Assembly: GCF_006345805.1 (NCBI RefSeq)
Contig: NC_043005.1
Coordinates: forward strand, 53,382,001-53,446,000
Origin: Octopus sinensis
Lineage: Eukaryota
DNA: 64,000 nucleotides
Reading direction: 5' to 3'
In this document: in pieces, positions 1 to 11,810 of the stretch
How positions within the stretch are numbered: the stretch's first letter is position 1
Layout of the letters: each line of letters opens with the position of its first letter
The notes under the pieces: model-generated
Database searches by the model: none
What the model was told of the DNA's origin: nothing
What the model saw: only the letters and a program-made list of their open reading frames with translations
Translations under genes and position numbers: made by a program

Positions 1-20
1 TGTATGTGTGCGCGTGTGTG

Positions 21-98
21 CATACATACATACATACATAGATACATACATATATAGATACATATATAGATACATACATAGATACATACATACATACA

Positions 99-146
<48 letters not shown>
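21..146. repeat. (TACA)n/(TA)n microsatellite
   Basis: Direct reading of tandem TACA then TA units. Confidence 0.95.
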
Positions 147-147
<1 letters not shown>

Positions 148-344
148 ATAGATATTAGATATATATTAAGGTAGGGCATTACTATTAATAAATGCCACGC
201 TAGGAGGGACTCTAAAAGTCAAACTACCATAATAAATGAGCACATTGTACCGAATGCGAGGGAATGCAACTCTCTTTTAAAAACAGATTCAGCTACAGAT
301 CACATGATTTCATAATTAGTGCACAAAATGCACTTTTTAATCGT

Positions 345-380
345 CACACACACACACACACACACATACACACACACACA

Positions 381-432
<52 letters not shown>

Positions 433-460
433 GATATATATGCGTATGTATGTATGTATT
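345..460. repeat. (CA)n/(TA)n/(TATG)n compound microsatellite
   Basis: Direct reading. Confidence 0.95.
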
Positions 461-463
461 TAA

Positions 464-675
464 GTGGCTGTGTTTGTCCACCCACCATTGCTTAACACCG
501 ATGTTGGTGAGTTTACGTCCCCGTACGCTAGCGGTTCGGCAAAAGAGACCGAGAGATTAAGTACTAGGCTTACAAAGGTGTAAGTCCTGGAGGCGTTTTG
601 TTAAACTAAAAGCGGAAGTCCAGCATGGCTACAGTCAAATCAATGAAGCAAGTAAAAATAAGAGAATAAAAGAAT
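464..675 (+). mobile_element. SINE family A (tRNA-like head, CORE-like box, internal microsatellite), 3' half
   Basis: Matches the 3' half (GTTTACGTCCCCGT..GCGGTTCGGCAAAAGAGACCGA..CAGCATGGC..CAGTCAAAT) of a repeat found about 14 times in the window, e.g. the reverse complement of 46105-46368. Confidence 0.85.
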
Positions 676-1118
676 ATATAAAACTACAGCCGTTATACAT
701 TCTCAATCGGGTTCGACTTCGTTTCCCCTTATACCGTGGTACACTAATTTCCTTTATATACCCATCTGCTCATGAGTAGGCACAGGCATGCCGTTAGAAC
801 TTCCCTCGGTGACCGAGCGGAATATTCCAAATTCGACAGCTAGGTGGGGGTAGAGTTCTACATTAGTACTAGGCTAGAACGTTATTTATCAACCAAAACT
901 GTGGGTGGCGAGGAAAAAGGAAACCCGAAATAAATATTTTTGAAGTTGTAACTACTTTTGCAACATCTACTGCCTCTATTAATGCATAATACAAGGTAAA
1001 ACTATGGTGATTTGATAGATGTATGTAACTAAGCGATATATGCGTCTATATGTATATTCTTGTATTCATGTACGTGTTGATATATATATATCTACATGTA
1101 TCTACCAATTTACCTATA

Positions 1119-1368
1119 TGTGATCACCGTGACCGACCAGGCTATCAGATGCTGCTCCACATCGCTGATCACATTGTTTTAGCCTTGAAATGAAGCCACC
1201 CTGCTGGCTGAAGTGAGCAGGCCAACAGAAGAAAGAATGAGAGAAAGCTGTGGCGAAAGAGCACAGCAGGGACCACCACCATCCCCTGCCGTTTTCGCTT
1301 AATAAACACTTACAACGCCCGGCCTGGGAATCGAAACCGCGATCCTATAATCACGAGTCCGCTGCCCT
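1119..1368 (-). mobile_element. SINE family C (tRNA-Arg-like head, OR-type octopus SINE-like), 5'-truncated
   Basis: Reverse complement aligns with 50835-51133 (GGGCAGCGGACTCG..GATCGCGGTTTCGATTC..CTGATAGCCTGGTCGGTCACG). Confidence 0.85.
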
Positions 1369-1555
1369 CCACATTTACCAATATGTAATTATATATATAT
1401 ATATATATATATATACAGAGAGAAAGAGAGAGAGAGAGAGTGAGAACAGAATCTATATTAATTAAATACTCGCATTGTTAAACTCCCACTATTTGTAACA
1501 TTGCAGTAAATCCAACTGAGAGATACTTGGAGGTATTAACATCATCATTAAACGA

Positions 1556-1651
1556 TCATAAAGATAGAATGCATAAAAGAAGAAAGCATATGTTTGACAT
1601 ATAATTCCTATGATCAACAGCTGTTTCATAAGGATGTACACCACCAAATGC
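1556..1651 (-). CDS. Candidate terminal coding exon with hydrophobic C-terminus (unverified)
   Basis: Acceptor tttaattag|GCA, then AFGGVHPYETAVDHRNYMSNICFLLLCILSL*. Unique sequence, but no recognised homology. Confidence 0.2.
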   Translation of the reverse strand, partial: AFGGVHPYETAVDHRNYMSNICFLLLCILSL

Positions 1652-1859
1652 CTAATTAAATGATTGTGATACATAAGTAATTTAATTTGAATTAAAATAA
1701 ATTAGATTGATTTGAAATGCCTAAATTTTTAAAGTATATTTACGCAAACCATCAGCACAGTTGTGTTACATTAAATAGAACACCATTATTTGTTTAAATA
1801 CATCGAGATAGATAGAAACATTATAAAGAAGAGAAAAACATCACGAAGATATAAGTAAA

Positions 1860-2200
1860 TATACAAATACAGATATACACATACACACATACATACATAC
1901 ACACATATATACATACACACATATATACATATATACATACATACATACATACATACATACATACATACATACATACATAATATATATATATATATATATA
2001 TATATAGCTGTAGATATAGATATATTCACATGCACGCTTACATATCTATCTATATATCTATCTATCTATCTCTATATGTACATATACATATATAAATACA
2101 TAGACGCTTACACGCGCGCACATGTATATGCAGATATGTATGTGCATGGTTATAAATATATGTACACCATGTTACGTCAAAGTTGCGAATATATCATATG
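1860..2200. repeat. (TACA)n/(TA)n/(TCTA)n compound microsatellite
   Basis: Direct reading. Confidence 0.9.
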
Positions 2201-2494
2201 CGTAAAACATAGAACATTGAAAAGAAATAATTCCTGTCAATTAAACGTGCTTAAAATCAGATTCCGTTGCTTCAGAGAAGCTTTTGAAGTTATGTAATTG
2301 CAAAGTTAAATCTTTGAAGAATGATTGCATTAACCTAGTCATTCCGAATGTTCATTTTATTTTGTTGAGATCACTAGAAACATTAATATTTCAAAAATAT
2401 GCTTGTATGTGTTGGCGAGGGAGAAAGCAGGTTTGACGATAGAGGAGAAAATATTATTGTATTTCAATGTAATGAACACATTTTTTGCAGTAAA

Positions 2495-2552
2495 ATTACA
2501 TACAACATACTACATACATAATACTACATACATAACATACATACATACATAA

Positions 2553-2586
<34 letters not shown>

Positions 2587-2617
2587 CATATATACATCAT
2601 ACATACATATATATATA

Positions 2618-2692
<75 letters not shown>
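2495..2692. repeat. (TACA)n/(TA)n microsatellite
   Basis: Direct reading. Confidence 0.95.
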
Positions 2693-2694
<2 letters not shown>

Positions 2695-3584
2695 TAATGT
2701 AAGAAATTTCATTAACGACTGAAATTTCTGGAAAATTTGAATTTAAATTTAATCTTAGCACTCACTGAAATTTTCACCAGGTTTTATTAGTCAGTGAAAG
2801 TCCATTATGCTAAAATTTTGTCCGGCGTGCTAACAACTCTGCCAGCTCGCCATCTTTAAAATAATTATATTCAACATTGCCGCTTTTCAACTTAGTCACA
2901 TATAGCTAAACCTCACTAAATACTGCAAGGCACTGCAGCATTTCTGCCATTCTATCACCACCCTAAATATATATATTATTGACTGACATTTTAGAGAAGT
3001 TTGAAATTGTCAAACTTTTGCAATCGTTGCTATCTTAAAGATTATTTGTAATAGAATGTTTTCGTTTTTAGGTTATTTTAATAAACGTTTTCTGAATAAT
3101 TTGCGAAAGATTTTAAAAGAAATACAACAATTTGAAGTTATCTATAATTAAAAAGTACCTAAATCTTATCGAAACTGTTTCTAAATTTCTTATAGTTTCT
3201 GTGTTGTTTCCCTATGGAATTTGTAAGAAATTTGGACTTACTCTGATAATTTTTTGGGGAAAAATAAAGCAGTAAGATTTTAAAATCGCCGGATATATTA
3301 TGAAGAGATATTTCTTTCCTATCATCTTCAATAAACATTTGATTTCATTTCCACCTCATTGCAAACATTCAGGATGAGTTTTGGCTGAAGGTTATAGAAG
3401 AAGAAAGCAAAGTAAGCAGAATAAATCGGATTTATGAATTGACACAGGCTAGAATCGGTAAAGAATTGGTCGGTGATGTCAGATCTGACAACATTGTGGT
3501 CTCACTGATAGGATCACGCGGCAGTAAAATGGTTAGATGGTATGCTGTGTGGCAAACAACATTTGTCTTACAAAAGCAAGGAAA

Positions 3585-3611
3585 GAGAGAGAGAGAGAGA
3601 GAAAGAGAGAG

Positions 3612-3650
<39 letters not shown>

Positions 3651-3945
3651 GGAAAGAGGAGCATGGGAGGCATTCAAAGGATAATGCTGATAATAATGAT
3701 GATGATGGTGACGAGGAGGAAGGAGAGGAATAAGAGGAGGATTGTGGTGACTGTAATGGAATGGTGGTGTTGGTGATGGTGGTGATGGTGGTGGTGGTGG
3801 TGGTGGTGGTGGTGGTGGTGGCAGTGGTGATTTAGGTAGGAGTGATTATGGTTGTGGCGATGATGATGATGATGAGGGCGAAGAGGATTATAATGATGTG
3901 TAGAGGAAGTGAAGTTGAAGACAAGGAAGATAATGATGTATGACG
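3585..3945. repeat. (GA)n followed by degenerate (GAT/GGT/GAG)n trinucleotide tract
   Basis: Direct reading. Confidence 0.9.
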
Positions 3946-4104
3946 ACAGATGTGTTTAATGCTTGCCATATCCTAAGAGGGGAAAAACGCTTTGGACAAT
4001 GTTGTTCTAGATACGACTACGCCCGAATACAACGTATGTCTAGAATACCTTTTATTGGTTGTTCTACTGAACGTGGACAGAACTGGAACTAAACAGTAAT
4101 AGGA

Positions 4105-4134
4105 ATTACTACTACAACAGCTACAATCACGACC

Positions 4135-4166
<32 letters not shown>

Positions 4167-4176
4167 AACCACCACC

Positions 4177-4251
<75 letters not shown>

Positions 4252-4335
4252 ACTACTACTACTACTGCTACTGCTGCTGCTGCTGTTGCTACCACTACAG
4301 CAACAAATGCCGTTGAAACAGCAGCGATTATCACC
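4105..4335. repeat. Compound trinucleotide tract (CTA/CCACGA/CCA/CTG)
   Basis: Direct reading; successive motifs differ by single bases. Confidence 0.9.
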
Positions 4336-4845
4336 AAACACTGACATACTAAATAGATAGCAATTACGTCTCCCTCACACCACAGCGCATCGCCTTGAAG
4401 AAACGAATAAAACAGTGGTGCAAAAATTTATACTAGATATATATATATATATATATATAATATATATTATATGTATACATATATACTCTGCTGGAAAATA
4501 TGGAATACGATAGTTACGAATGGGACACACTTTATTATGAATGTGCTCGATCAGGGCTGACCCGGGACTAAGTAATAACAATTGCAGATACGACTAACTG
4601 ATCAACGAGCAAGCAACTACTATTTTACGAACCAACTCATGTCTATTCTTCTAACATTTCCACATACCTTTCACGTCAGACATGCCCTTTCCTTGTTCTA
4701 CTGGATTAATGGACGAGCTAGAGTGTTTTTTTGACGTGTCATGGAATATTTTCGTAAAAGTACAAAGAATGTAACATTTTGCTCTTTGCTAGTTTATTTT
4801 CATTTTTGCAAGAGACTATTTTGTCGATATTATAGAAAATTCTAA

Positions 4846-5056
4846 GACGTCAAGCTGGCAGAATCGTTAGCGCGCCGGACGAAATGCCAAGCTGTATTTC
4901 GTCCGTCTGAACGTTCTTAGTTCAAATTCTACCGAAGTTGACTTTGCCTTTCAACTTTTCGGGTTCGATGAAATAAATATCAGTTGAACACTGGGGTCGA
5001 TGTAATCGACTTACACGCACCCCACAAATTTGAGTCCTTGAGCCAAAATTCGAATT
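4846..5056 (+). mobile_element. SINE family B (tRNA-like head, Meta-domain-like body)
   Basis: GAGCTGGCAGAATCGTTAGC..GCCGGACGAAATGC..GTTCAAATTC..GACTTTGCCTTTCA..GGGGTCGATGTAATCGACT, shared with 23515-24094, 42995-44302 and 52516-52748. The Meta-domain resemblance is from memory. Confidence 0.85.
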
Positions 5057-5147
5057 TGATATTATAGACAATTTTGAGAGAATGAGGAAGAAAGAAACAA
5101 CGACAGAGCGAAGGAAGGAAAACAAATCCTAGTATTTTACTCATTTA

Positions 5148-5372
5148 TCTCTTTAACTTGTTTCAGTCATTGGACTGCGTCCGTGATGGTGCATCGCCTT
5201 GAAGCCATTAGTTAAACAACTCTGCTTCAGTAATAAACTTCCAAGTCTGCTATTTGTTCCATCTGTCTCTTTTGCCGAACCAATAATGTCAGGCACGAAA
5301 CCACGTGATTGCACAGCTGGACACGAAACCACTTGATTGCAAAGCGACATTCTTAACTACACAGCCATGCCT
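5148..5372 (-). mobile_element. SINE family A, internally deleted
   Basis: Starts with the reverse complement of the family A 3' end (CTTGTTTCAGTCATT.GACTGCG) and ends with the reverse complement of the head (ACTACACAGCCATGCC). Confidence 0.75.
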
Positions 5373-5384
5373 ATTAATTGATAC

Positions 5385-5627
5385 AGTTCATTATTTACAC
5401 TATTTACATTATTTACATTCGACGGATATTTGTCCTCATCTTGTTTGTTGTTAACACAACGTCTCGGCTGATATACCCTCCAGCCTTTTTCGAACCTGGG
5501 TTCACATTCCTAAGTTATTTTTCAATGTTATAATTATTATTATTATTATTGTTCAGGTCACTGCTTGGAATCAAACTCTGAATCTTGGGGTTAATAGCCC
5601 TCACTCTTAACCAGTACGCCATATGCC
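5385..5627 (-). mobile_element. SINE family D (tRNA head-(AAT)n-hammerhead-9-mer tail), HHR core partly deleted
   Basis: Reverse complement aligns with 43427-43775. Flanked by duplicated ATGCCTATTAATTG (5367-5380 and 5623-5636). Confidence 0.85.
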
Positions 5628-5814
5628 TATTAATTGTTACTTTTTTTGTTGTTGCATTTATTGTCCCAAAAAGAATAAAAGCCAAATTTTATCATGAGAG
5701 AATTTGAGCTCAGAGAACAGAAAATCAGAAAAAATAGAGCACGTATCTAAAGTTACTAAAAAGTAAAGCCAATTTGCTGCACTATTAAGTATCTACGCCT
5801 CACTATAAAATATT

Positions 5815-5975
5815 ATTTTCAAATTTTGATACGAGACCAGCAATTTTGGGCAAGGTTGCTTATCAACTATATCGACCGCAGTGCTCAACTGATACTTATT
5901 TTATCAGCCCCGAAGAATAAAAGGCACAGCCGACCTCGGTAGAATTTGAACTCGGAGCACTGAAAACCAGAACAA
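5815..5975 (-). mobile_element. SINE family B fragment
   Basis: CGAGACCAGCAATTTTGGG..CGACCGCAGTGCTCAACTGATACTTATTTTATC..GACCTCGGTAGAATTTGAACTC. Confidence 0.75.
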
Positions 5976-6612
5976 AGATGGCAAGTTAACTAAAAAGTAC
6001 ACGCAAATTGCTTCACTATTAAGTGTCTACGTTTCATTATGAATTATAAAAATAGCATCTGGTTTTCTTCTTTGCAATTTTCTGTTCAATAAACTGACAG
6101 ACAATATGATGTGCGACACAGAGCAATATCTCATGTCATATGGTGACATCAGTTTACAAGCAGTGGGAATGAAAGCACAGATTTATTAAGATATATATAT
6201 ATATATATATAGCTTTAGTGTTATGTTCTCCGGTGTTTAAAGAAGGAGAAATGTATAAAGATCACAGACATACCGAAAATAGAATAAAGTTTATGTTGGA
6301 ACATGCTCGTGAGACCTACTAATGACAGTCAAAATGCAAGAAATATATTTGCAGTTTCTTTTCAATATGGTATATTTCTGTATACGTACATACAGACCTA
6401 TATACCATTCTTCATTCATTCATGTATCTATCTATACACACATGCACCTATTTACATATACATACATATATGTATAAATCATATAGATACATACATGCTT
6501 AAAACAATCAGTCATTCTATTATCTATATATTTATTTAGATATCGATGTAAATGTATGTATATACATATATGTATTTGGATGTATATAAATACATAGATA
6601 CAGACAGACATA

Positions 6613-6680
<68 letters not shown>

Positions 6681-7641
6681 TATATATATATGTATGTATA
6701 TATATTGTAAAAAGGAAGTTTGAAAACGCCACTGTATTAGATAAATTCTAATTGTACATGTTTCGGTTCTTGAAATAACGAACCTTATCAAAAAAATTTA
6801 TAATAAACAGTATAATGGAACAGTTCATAATTGTTACATACATTCAATAGAATCCATGCTATATACATTCAATAGAATCCATGTTCTTAAAAAGGTGAAC
6901 CTTATCAAATATATTATAAAGAGTATAATAGAAAAAATCCATAGTCGTTCCTTACTGTTTTGTCGAGTGTAGTGGAGAAGTTCATTATAGATTTTACCTT
7001 GTGTTCCAATGGAAGCAACAGTAGTGATTCTTGGTCGTCGTCTGTTGGTCGTAATGTTGGTCGTAATGATGTGCGACACAGAGCAATATCTCATGTCATA
7101 TATATATATATGTATATATATATATTATATATACATACACACATATATATATTATATACATATGCATACATACATACATATATATATATACATGAAGAGA
7201 GGTAGAAAGTGCAGTTAAAGCGAAACTCCAACGTTGCTTTTTAAAATAAAAATATAGTAAAAAACAAACGGACTTTTCTCCTCGGTACGAAAATGATGTA
7301 AGGTGGGCAGAATAAATGAAGTCTATTTTATTAGTTACTGTAGTCAATACAAAACTAGTTTCACGATTAATGTACAAACTAAATAAATCAATTTTTAAAA
7401 AAATTAATTTTAATTAGAAGCACATTTACCGATCTTCGGTTGTATATACCATATTTGAAGAAAAAATATAAATAACTATAAAATATATTTACCTTCATTT
7501 ATCCACATCAGTTTTTAACCCAAGGTATTCTATATATTGAAAAAAGGAAGAAAAGGAGAAGAAGCATTCTTCTTCATCCACACTGAAACACACTTTATAA
7601 TCTGTCACTGGGCCGATAGCGGTAAATTATGTGTATGTATA

Positions 7642-7718
<77 letters not shown>

Positions 7719-7722
7719 CACA

Positions 7723-8300
7723 ATTTAGAGGACTGACTACTAAAAATGGACAGCCTGTATGCTAGATATAGACCTCAAAATCGCCATTTTCCACGAAGAA
7801 TGTATTCTCAATGGCGATTTTGACGTCTATATCTCCTTAATGTAAGAGGTTTGAGGCACGCACCTCTTACAAAAAAGCACATTAAGGAGGCAATAGACCT
7901 CTTACATTAACGACATTCAAAAGCCATTTTGAGGCAATAAACTTCATACACACGTTCTTTTAGGAATCAAAACTACAATCTTCTTGCCCGACCAGACTTC
8001 TTGCCTCAGCAAAACACCTGGACGGCTCCAAGTCGGGCCAATTTAACATATATCTGTATGTATCCTTGGGGAAGGAGTCCATTATCCTGAACAGGTCGTT
8101 CTCACTCATGGCCTTCTTAGCCACCTGCAAAGGCCAGTCAGGGTCCTCCCTTCGGCCCTTCGTTTTCAGCTTTCCAACAAAGCGCTCCACTGTCCCTCCC
8201 TTATGTCTCTTAATTACCAAACTTTTGAAAAATAAGTCAAGCCCGAAGCGTCAAAATAAATTCTGCTTTCTTAATCTCATAATAATAATTGTATATACTA
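7723..8300 (-). mobile_element. Unidentified element: about 50% GC ORF fragment followed by clustered inverted repeats
   Basis: Open frame about 8250-7960 (VIKRHKGGTVERFVGKLKTKGRREDPDWPLQVAKKAMSENDLFRIMDSFPKDTYRYMLNWPDLEPSRCF...). 25-bp hairpin 7764-7834 and repeated ACCTCTTACA/ACATTAAGGAG modules 7833-7910. Confidence 0.45.
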
Positions 8301-8629
8301 TCTTTTAATTTTGATCTCTTTATAGTTAATCTTATTAAATTTTGACGCATGTATACGCATATGTGTGCGCGCGCGCGCTTGTTTACGTGTGTATCATCAA
8401 ACTTCAAAGAGGCTGGTGTTTGGCTGCGTCGTATTATTTAGTAAAATTAGTAAAAAGCGTTCGGTGGACGCACCGTGAGGCGTTGAAAATCTGGCGTTAC
8501 GAACACAAATCTGCAGAGAAGAGTTAAGAGAAAAAGGGCAGCAGATTTTTACATCCTGTCAAATAAGAAAATATACACATACACGCACACTCACACGCAC
8601 AGAGGCACACGTGCGCACACACATACACA

Positions 8630-8830
8630 TAGTCAATTCAAATAAACAAACTGTTCGAATAAACGAATAAAAATAAATGGATAACAACGGACAACATAAG
8701 GACGTGCATAAGAAATGTATTAGTTTGACGCTGGGTTTGATGAGAGAGTTTGACGTTTCGAGTATAATTCTTCGTCGGAAACGAGAAAGTGAAAAGTCCA
8801 AATAAAAGAAATCGCCAACGGCACACGTCT
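8630..8830 (-). mobile_element. Penelope-like (PLE) pseudo-LTR fragment
   Basis: Contains a minimal HHR motif (8748-8782) related to that at 55401-55436; abuts a CA-rich tract. Confidence 0.6.
8748..8782 (-). ncRNA. Minimal type I hammerhead ribozyme motif (U4C variant, weak stem II)
   Basis: Minus strand GUUU CCGACGA A GAAUUAUACUC GAAA CGUC AAAC: stem I GUUU/AAAC and a GAAACGUC palindromic stem III. Confidence 0.6.
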
Positions 8831-8845
8831 AGTTACTTTGTTGAA

Positions 8846-8884
<39 letters not shown>

Positions 8885-9194
8885 AGGAATGATGCATTTG
8901 GTTGCCAAGTTAAAATTTGTTCAATATATGCAGAGGAAGCACTAGCAATGAAGATAATGATTGTATTTAACGTATTCCTAAAAAGCGGAAACCAGATGGC
9001 ATTCTTCGCAGGATTTTGTACTGGGTTACGAATTTCTGTCTAAAGATTTTTGGTACACAATCTCATGAAATATGAAACTACGTCAGCACGCTACAGAATA
9101 GTGTCGCGGTGTGGTTTCGCCTCCTCAGTAACAGACACCTTTCTGTTTCTACTTACCCCCAAATAACAAGTGCATTAAAACTTAAGCAAATAAT

Positions 9195-9219
9195 ATATAT
9201 ATACATATATATATAATAT

Positions 9220-9306
<87 letters not shown>

Positions 9307-9310
9307 TATA
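9195..9310. repeat. (TA)n microsatellite
   Basis: Direct reading. Confidence 0.95.
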
Positions 9311-10740
9311 CCATAAAGATGGAAATTTACTCACGTAGCACAACGCCTTGTTACATGTGTTTATATATATGTGTGTGTGCGTGTGTGTAAAACGGACACA
9401 ACAATAAATAGCTACAACAATAACAACAACAATAACGGTTGCAATGAGTAAGGTGGAATGAACTGTAGCGCGTTAAGTATCTTGGCTACACGACAAGATA
9501 CGATTTATCGACACTAAATAGAAGTGTTTCAAACTCTAAGATGATGATAACAACGACGATGAAATTTATTATTATTTGTTTTTAATACTCCGGGGAGAAG
9601 CGGTAATACCCATGATGCTTGTCATCACTGACACCCTGTTCATATGTATTAAGATCGAAAGTCAATTTAATGTATTAATTTACGTACTTGGACAAAGAAA
9701 AATCTCTAATAAAATTCGAATAAAATTAAAATATCATGAAAATAAGTACCTATTTATTTTGTAAAACAGAAAATTACACACACTAGACGCACACATATGA
9801 AGACTAACATGTACACACGTATGCATACAAACACTCATATGTGTGCCTTTGGTGTATATGTGTTCATAAGTATATATACATATATATATGTATGCATGTA
9901 TGCGTGTATATATATATATGCACACGCACACACACATGTTTGTGTATACAGGCGTTCATACATCTATGCATGCATACATACATGCACATATATTTAAAGT
10001 ACACAATACCACTCAAATACAAACAAAAATAACCAGAACAATTAAAATACCCTGGTGGTGCTTATGCAAAAACATTAATCTACCTTAGTTGGGTATATTT
10101 ATTTGATTTCATTGTCAAAGTTATTGCATTACAAATTTATAGTATAGAATAATGGCTTCGCGAGACAAAATAATATATAATTTAGTGTTGTATATAATTG
10201 ATTAAGAAAGAAGACACAAGAAAATACTTAAAAGGAATAGAATGATAAACAATTGTACAGCAACATTGAGTTAGAGAAATTAATCGGACTGGGCAATGGG
10301 CTTGGTTTCAAGTATCTTCCGAAATGTTCGGGTTAGAAAATAAAACTATGGAAACAATGAAAATAAAACGGAAGATATGATAGAGATTATCCTGAAAGTA
10401 TGTATAGTTTAGTTTCATGTCAGCTAATATGACTAAATGATTAGGTAATTAATTATCTAATTAAAATGTGTGTGTATGTGTGTGTTGTATTTTATGTCTT
10501 AGTACAGTTGCTTCACGGTTTGACTTAAAACTGCATTCATTAGTGGGATCCCGGTTCGTGGCTTCCAGGGTTTTGATGAGTGTGAAACCAACTCTTAGCC
10601 ACTATTGTTCCCAGGTCTAAACTGATCCGGCGTAGTACCACCTATTAGAATACCGGCTATGGGTTATGTAGTATGTAACTCGCCAATTCAGAGAACGATG
10701 AAATCACGAAATGCAACATGGTGGATGTCAACTATTTCAG

Positions 10741-11810
10741 TTCGAGTGACGGCTGAAAAGTTCATAGGCTAACCAATATACTTTTATGGAATGTAACCAA
10801 ATGAGGTTCATTTTTCAGCAAAGTCTTCTTTGCAATTCGTATATTTCTTCCATTAGAGTTGCAGTGCCTGGATCCCATTGGTGTAGAAACTTTCATCCTG
10901 TTGGTCAAAATATTCATCAACAGCACATATGACGCTATCGTCACTGCGATACTGGTTCCCAGCCAAGTGATTTTTTTCTTGTTAGGTAACACATGATAGT
11001 AGTCGGCTGGGGCCAAAAAGGAGAGTAGGGAGTGTGATCAATCAGTTCAAAGGCACAGTTACGTAGAGCAGCTATTGAAACCAAGAACTTGTGTGCAGTT
11101 TCCTGATGAAACAAAACCCCTTTCATCAGTTTACCTGGGCATTTGGTCTTGATAGCCTTTCGCAACTATCTCCGTATGTTGGCTTAATACTCTTCATTGA
11201 TGGTGTGGCCCTTTTGAAGATAGTAAATAAATACAATACCTTTTGCATCCCTCCAAACTGTCCCTTCTCTGCAGATGAAACGATCATGGCCTCTTTTGGA
11301 ACAGGTGAGGAGGGGTGTTTCCCTTGCACGGATTGTCTCTTTGTCTCTGTCTCAAAGTGATGAAACCAACACTCATCCTGTCATAGGAAACGTTGAAGAT
11401 AGCCAGCTGAATCTACCTCAAACAATGTCAGATTTTCCCGTGATGTGATTAACCTGTTCAGGTGTCAGAAACCTTCGTCATGTCAAGTTCATTGTACAGA
11501 ATATTCTCAACTCTTACATAGGATATGTTAATAACATTGGCATTTTTGTTAATAGTGAATCACCTGTCATCCATCAGCATGCAGTGAATACTATCAATAT
11601 TTTCTTCGGTGGTGGCAGTTGCAAAGGAACCAAACCTGGGTCATCTTCAAAACTATCCCTTTCGTTCTTTCGCCTAATGTAGCAGCCATGTTAGCATGAA
11701 TGTCCTTGGTGATCGGTAAAACTCCTGAGTCAGTGGTGAATATCACGAGATGCTAAGCAGTTTACCAGACAACAAGCTGTCAACGACTAGTATCAAATAG
11801 TTCAGTTAGT
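10741..11810 (-). mobile_element. Mariner (DD34D) transposon fossil, near full-length transposase pseudogene
   Basis: Conceptual translation across frameshifts: QDECWFHHFETETKRQS..KHPSSPVPKEA..RKAIKTKCPGKLMKGVLFHQ..DHTPYSP.LAPADYY. TIR-like end CGAGTGACGGCTGAAAAGTTCATAGGCT at about 10741-10770. Confidence 0.9.

Noticed and set aside
760-900. Cluster of short palindromes (CTCGG-TGA-CCGAG, GGAATATTCC, TAGAACT..AGTTCTA)
   Set aside because: Stems of 5-7 bp are within chance expectation, and there is no second copy to support a conserved structure.
9085-9140. Minus-strand CUGAGGA GGC GAAAC
   Set aside because: No NUH triplet or stem III, and stem I is out of register.
10570-10600. TTGATGAGTGTGAAACC hammerhead-like string
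   Set aside because: C3 is missing, stem II has no pairing and there is no stem I.
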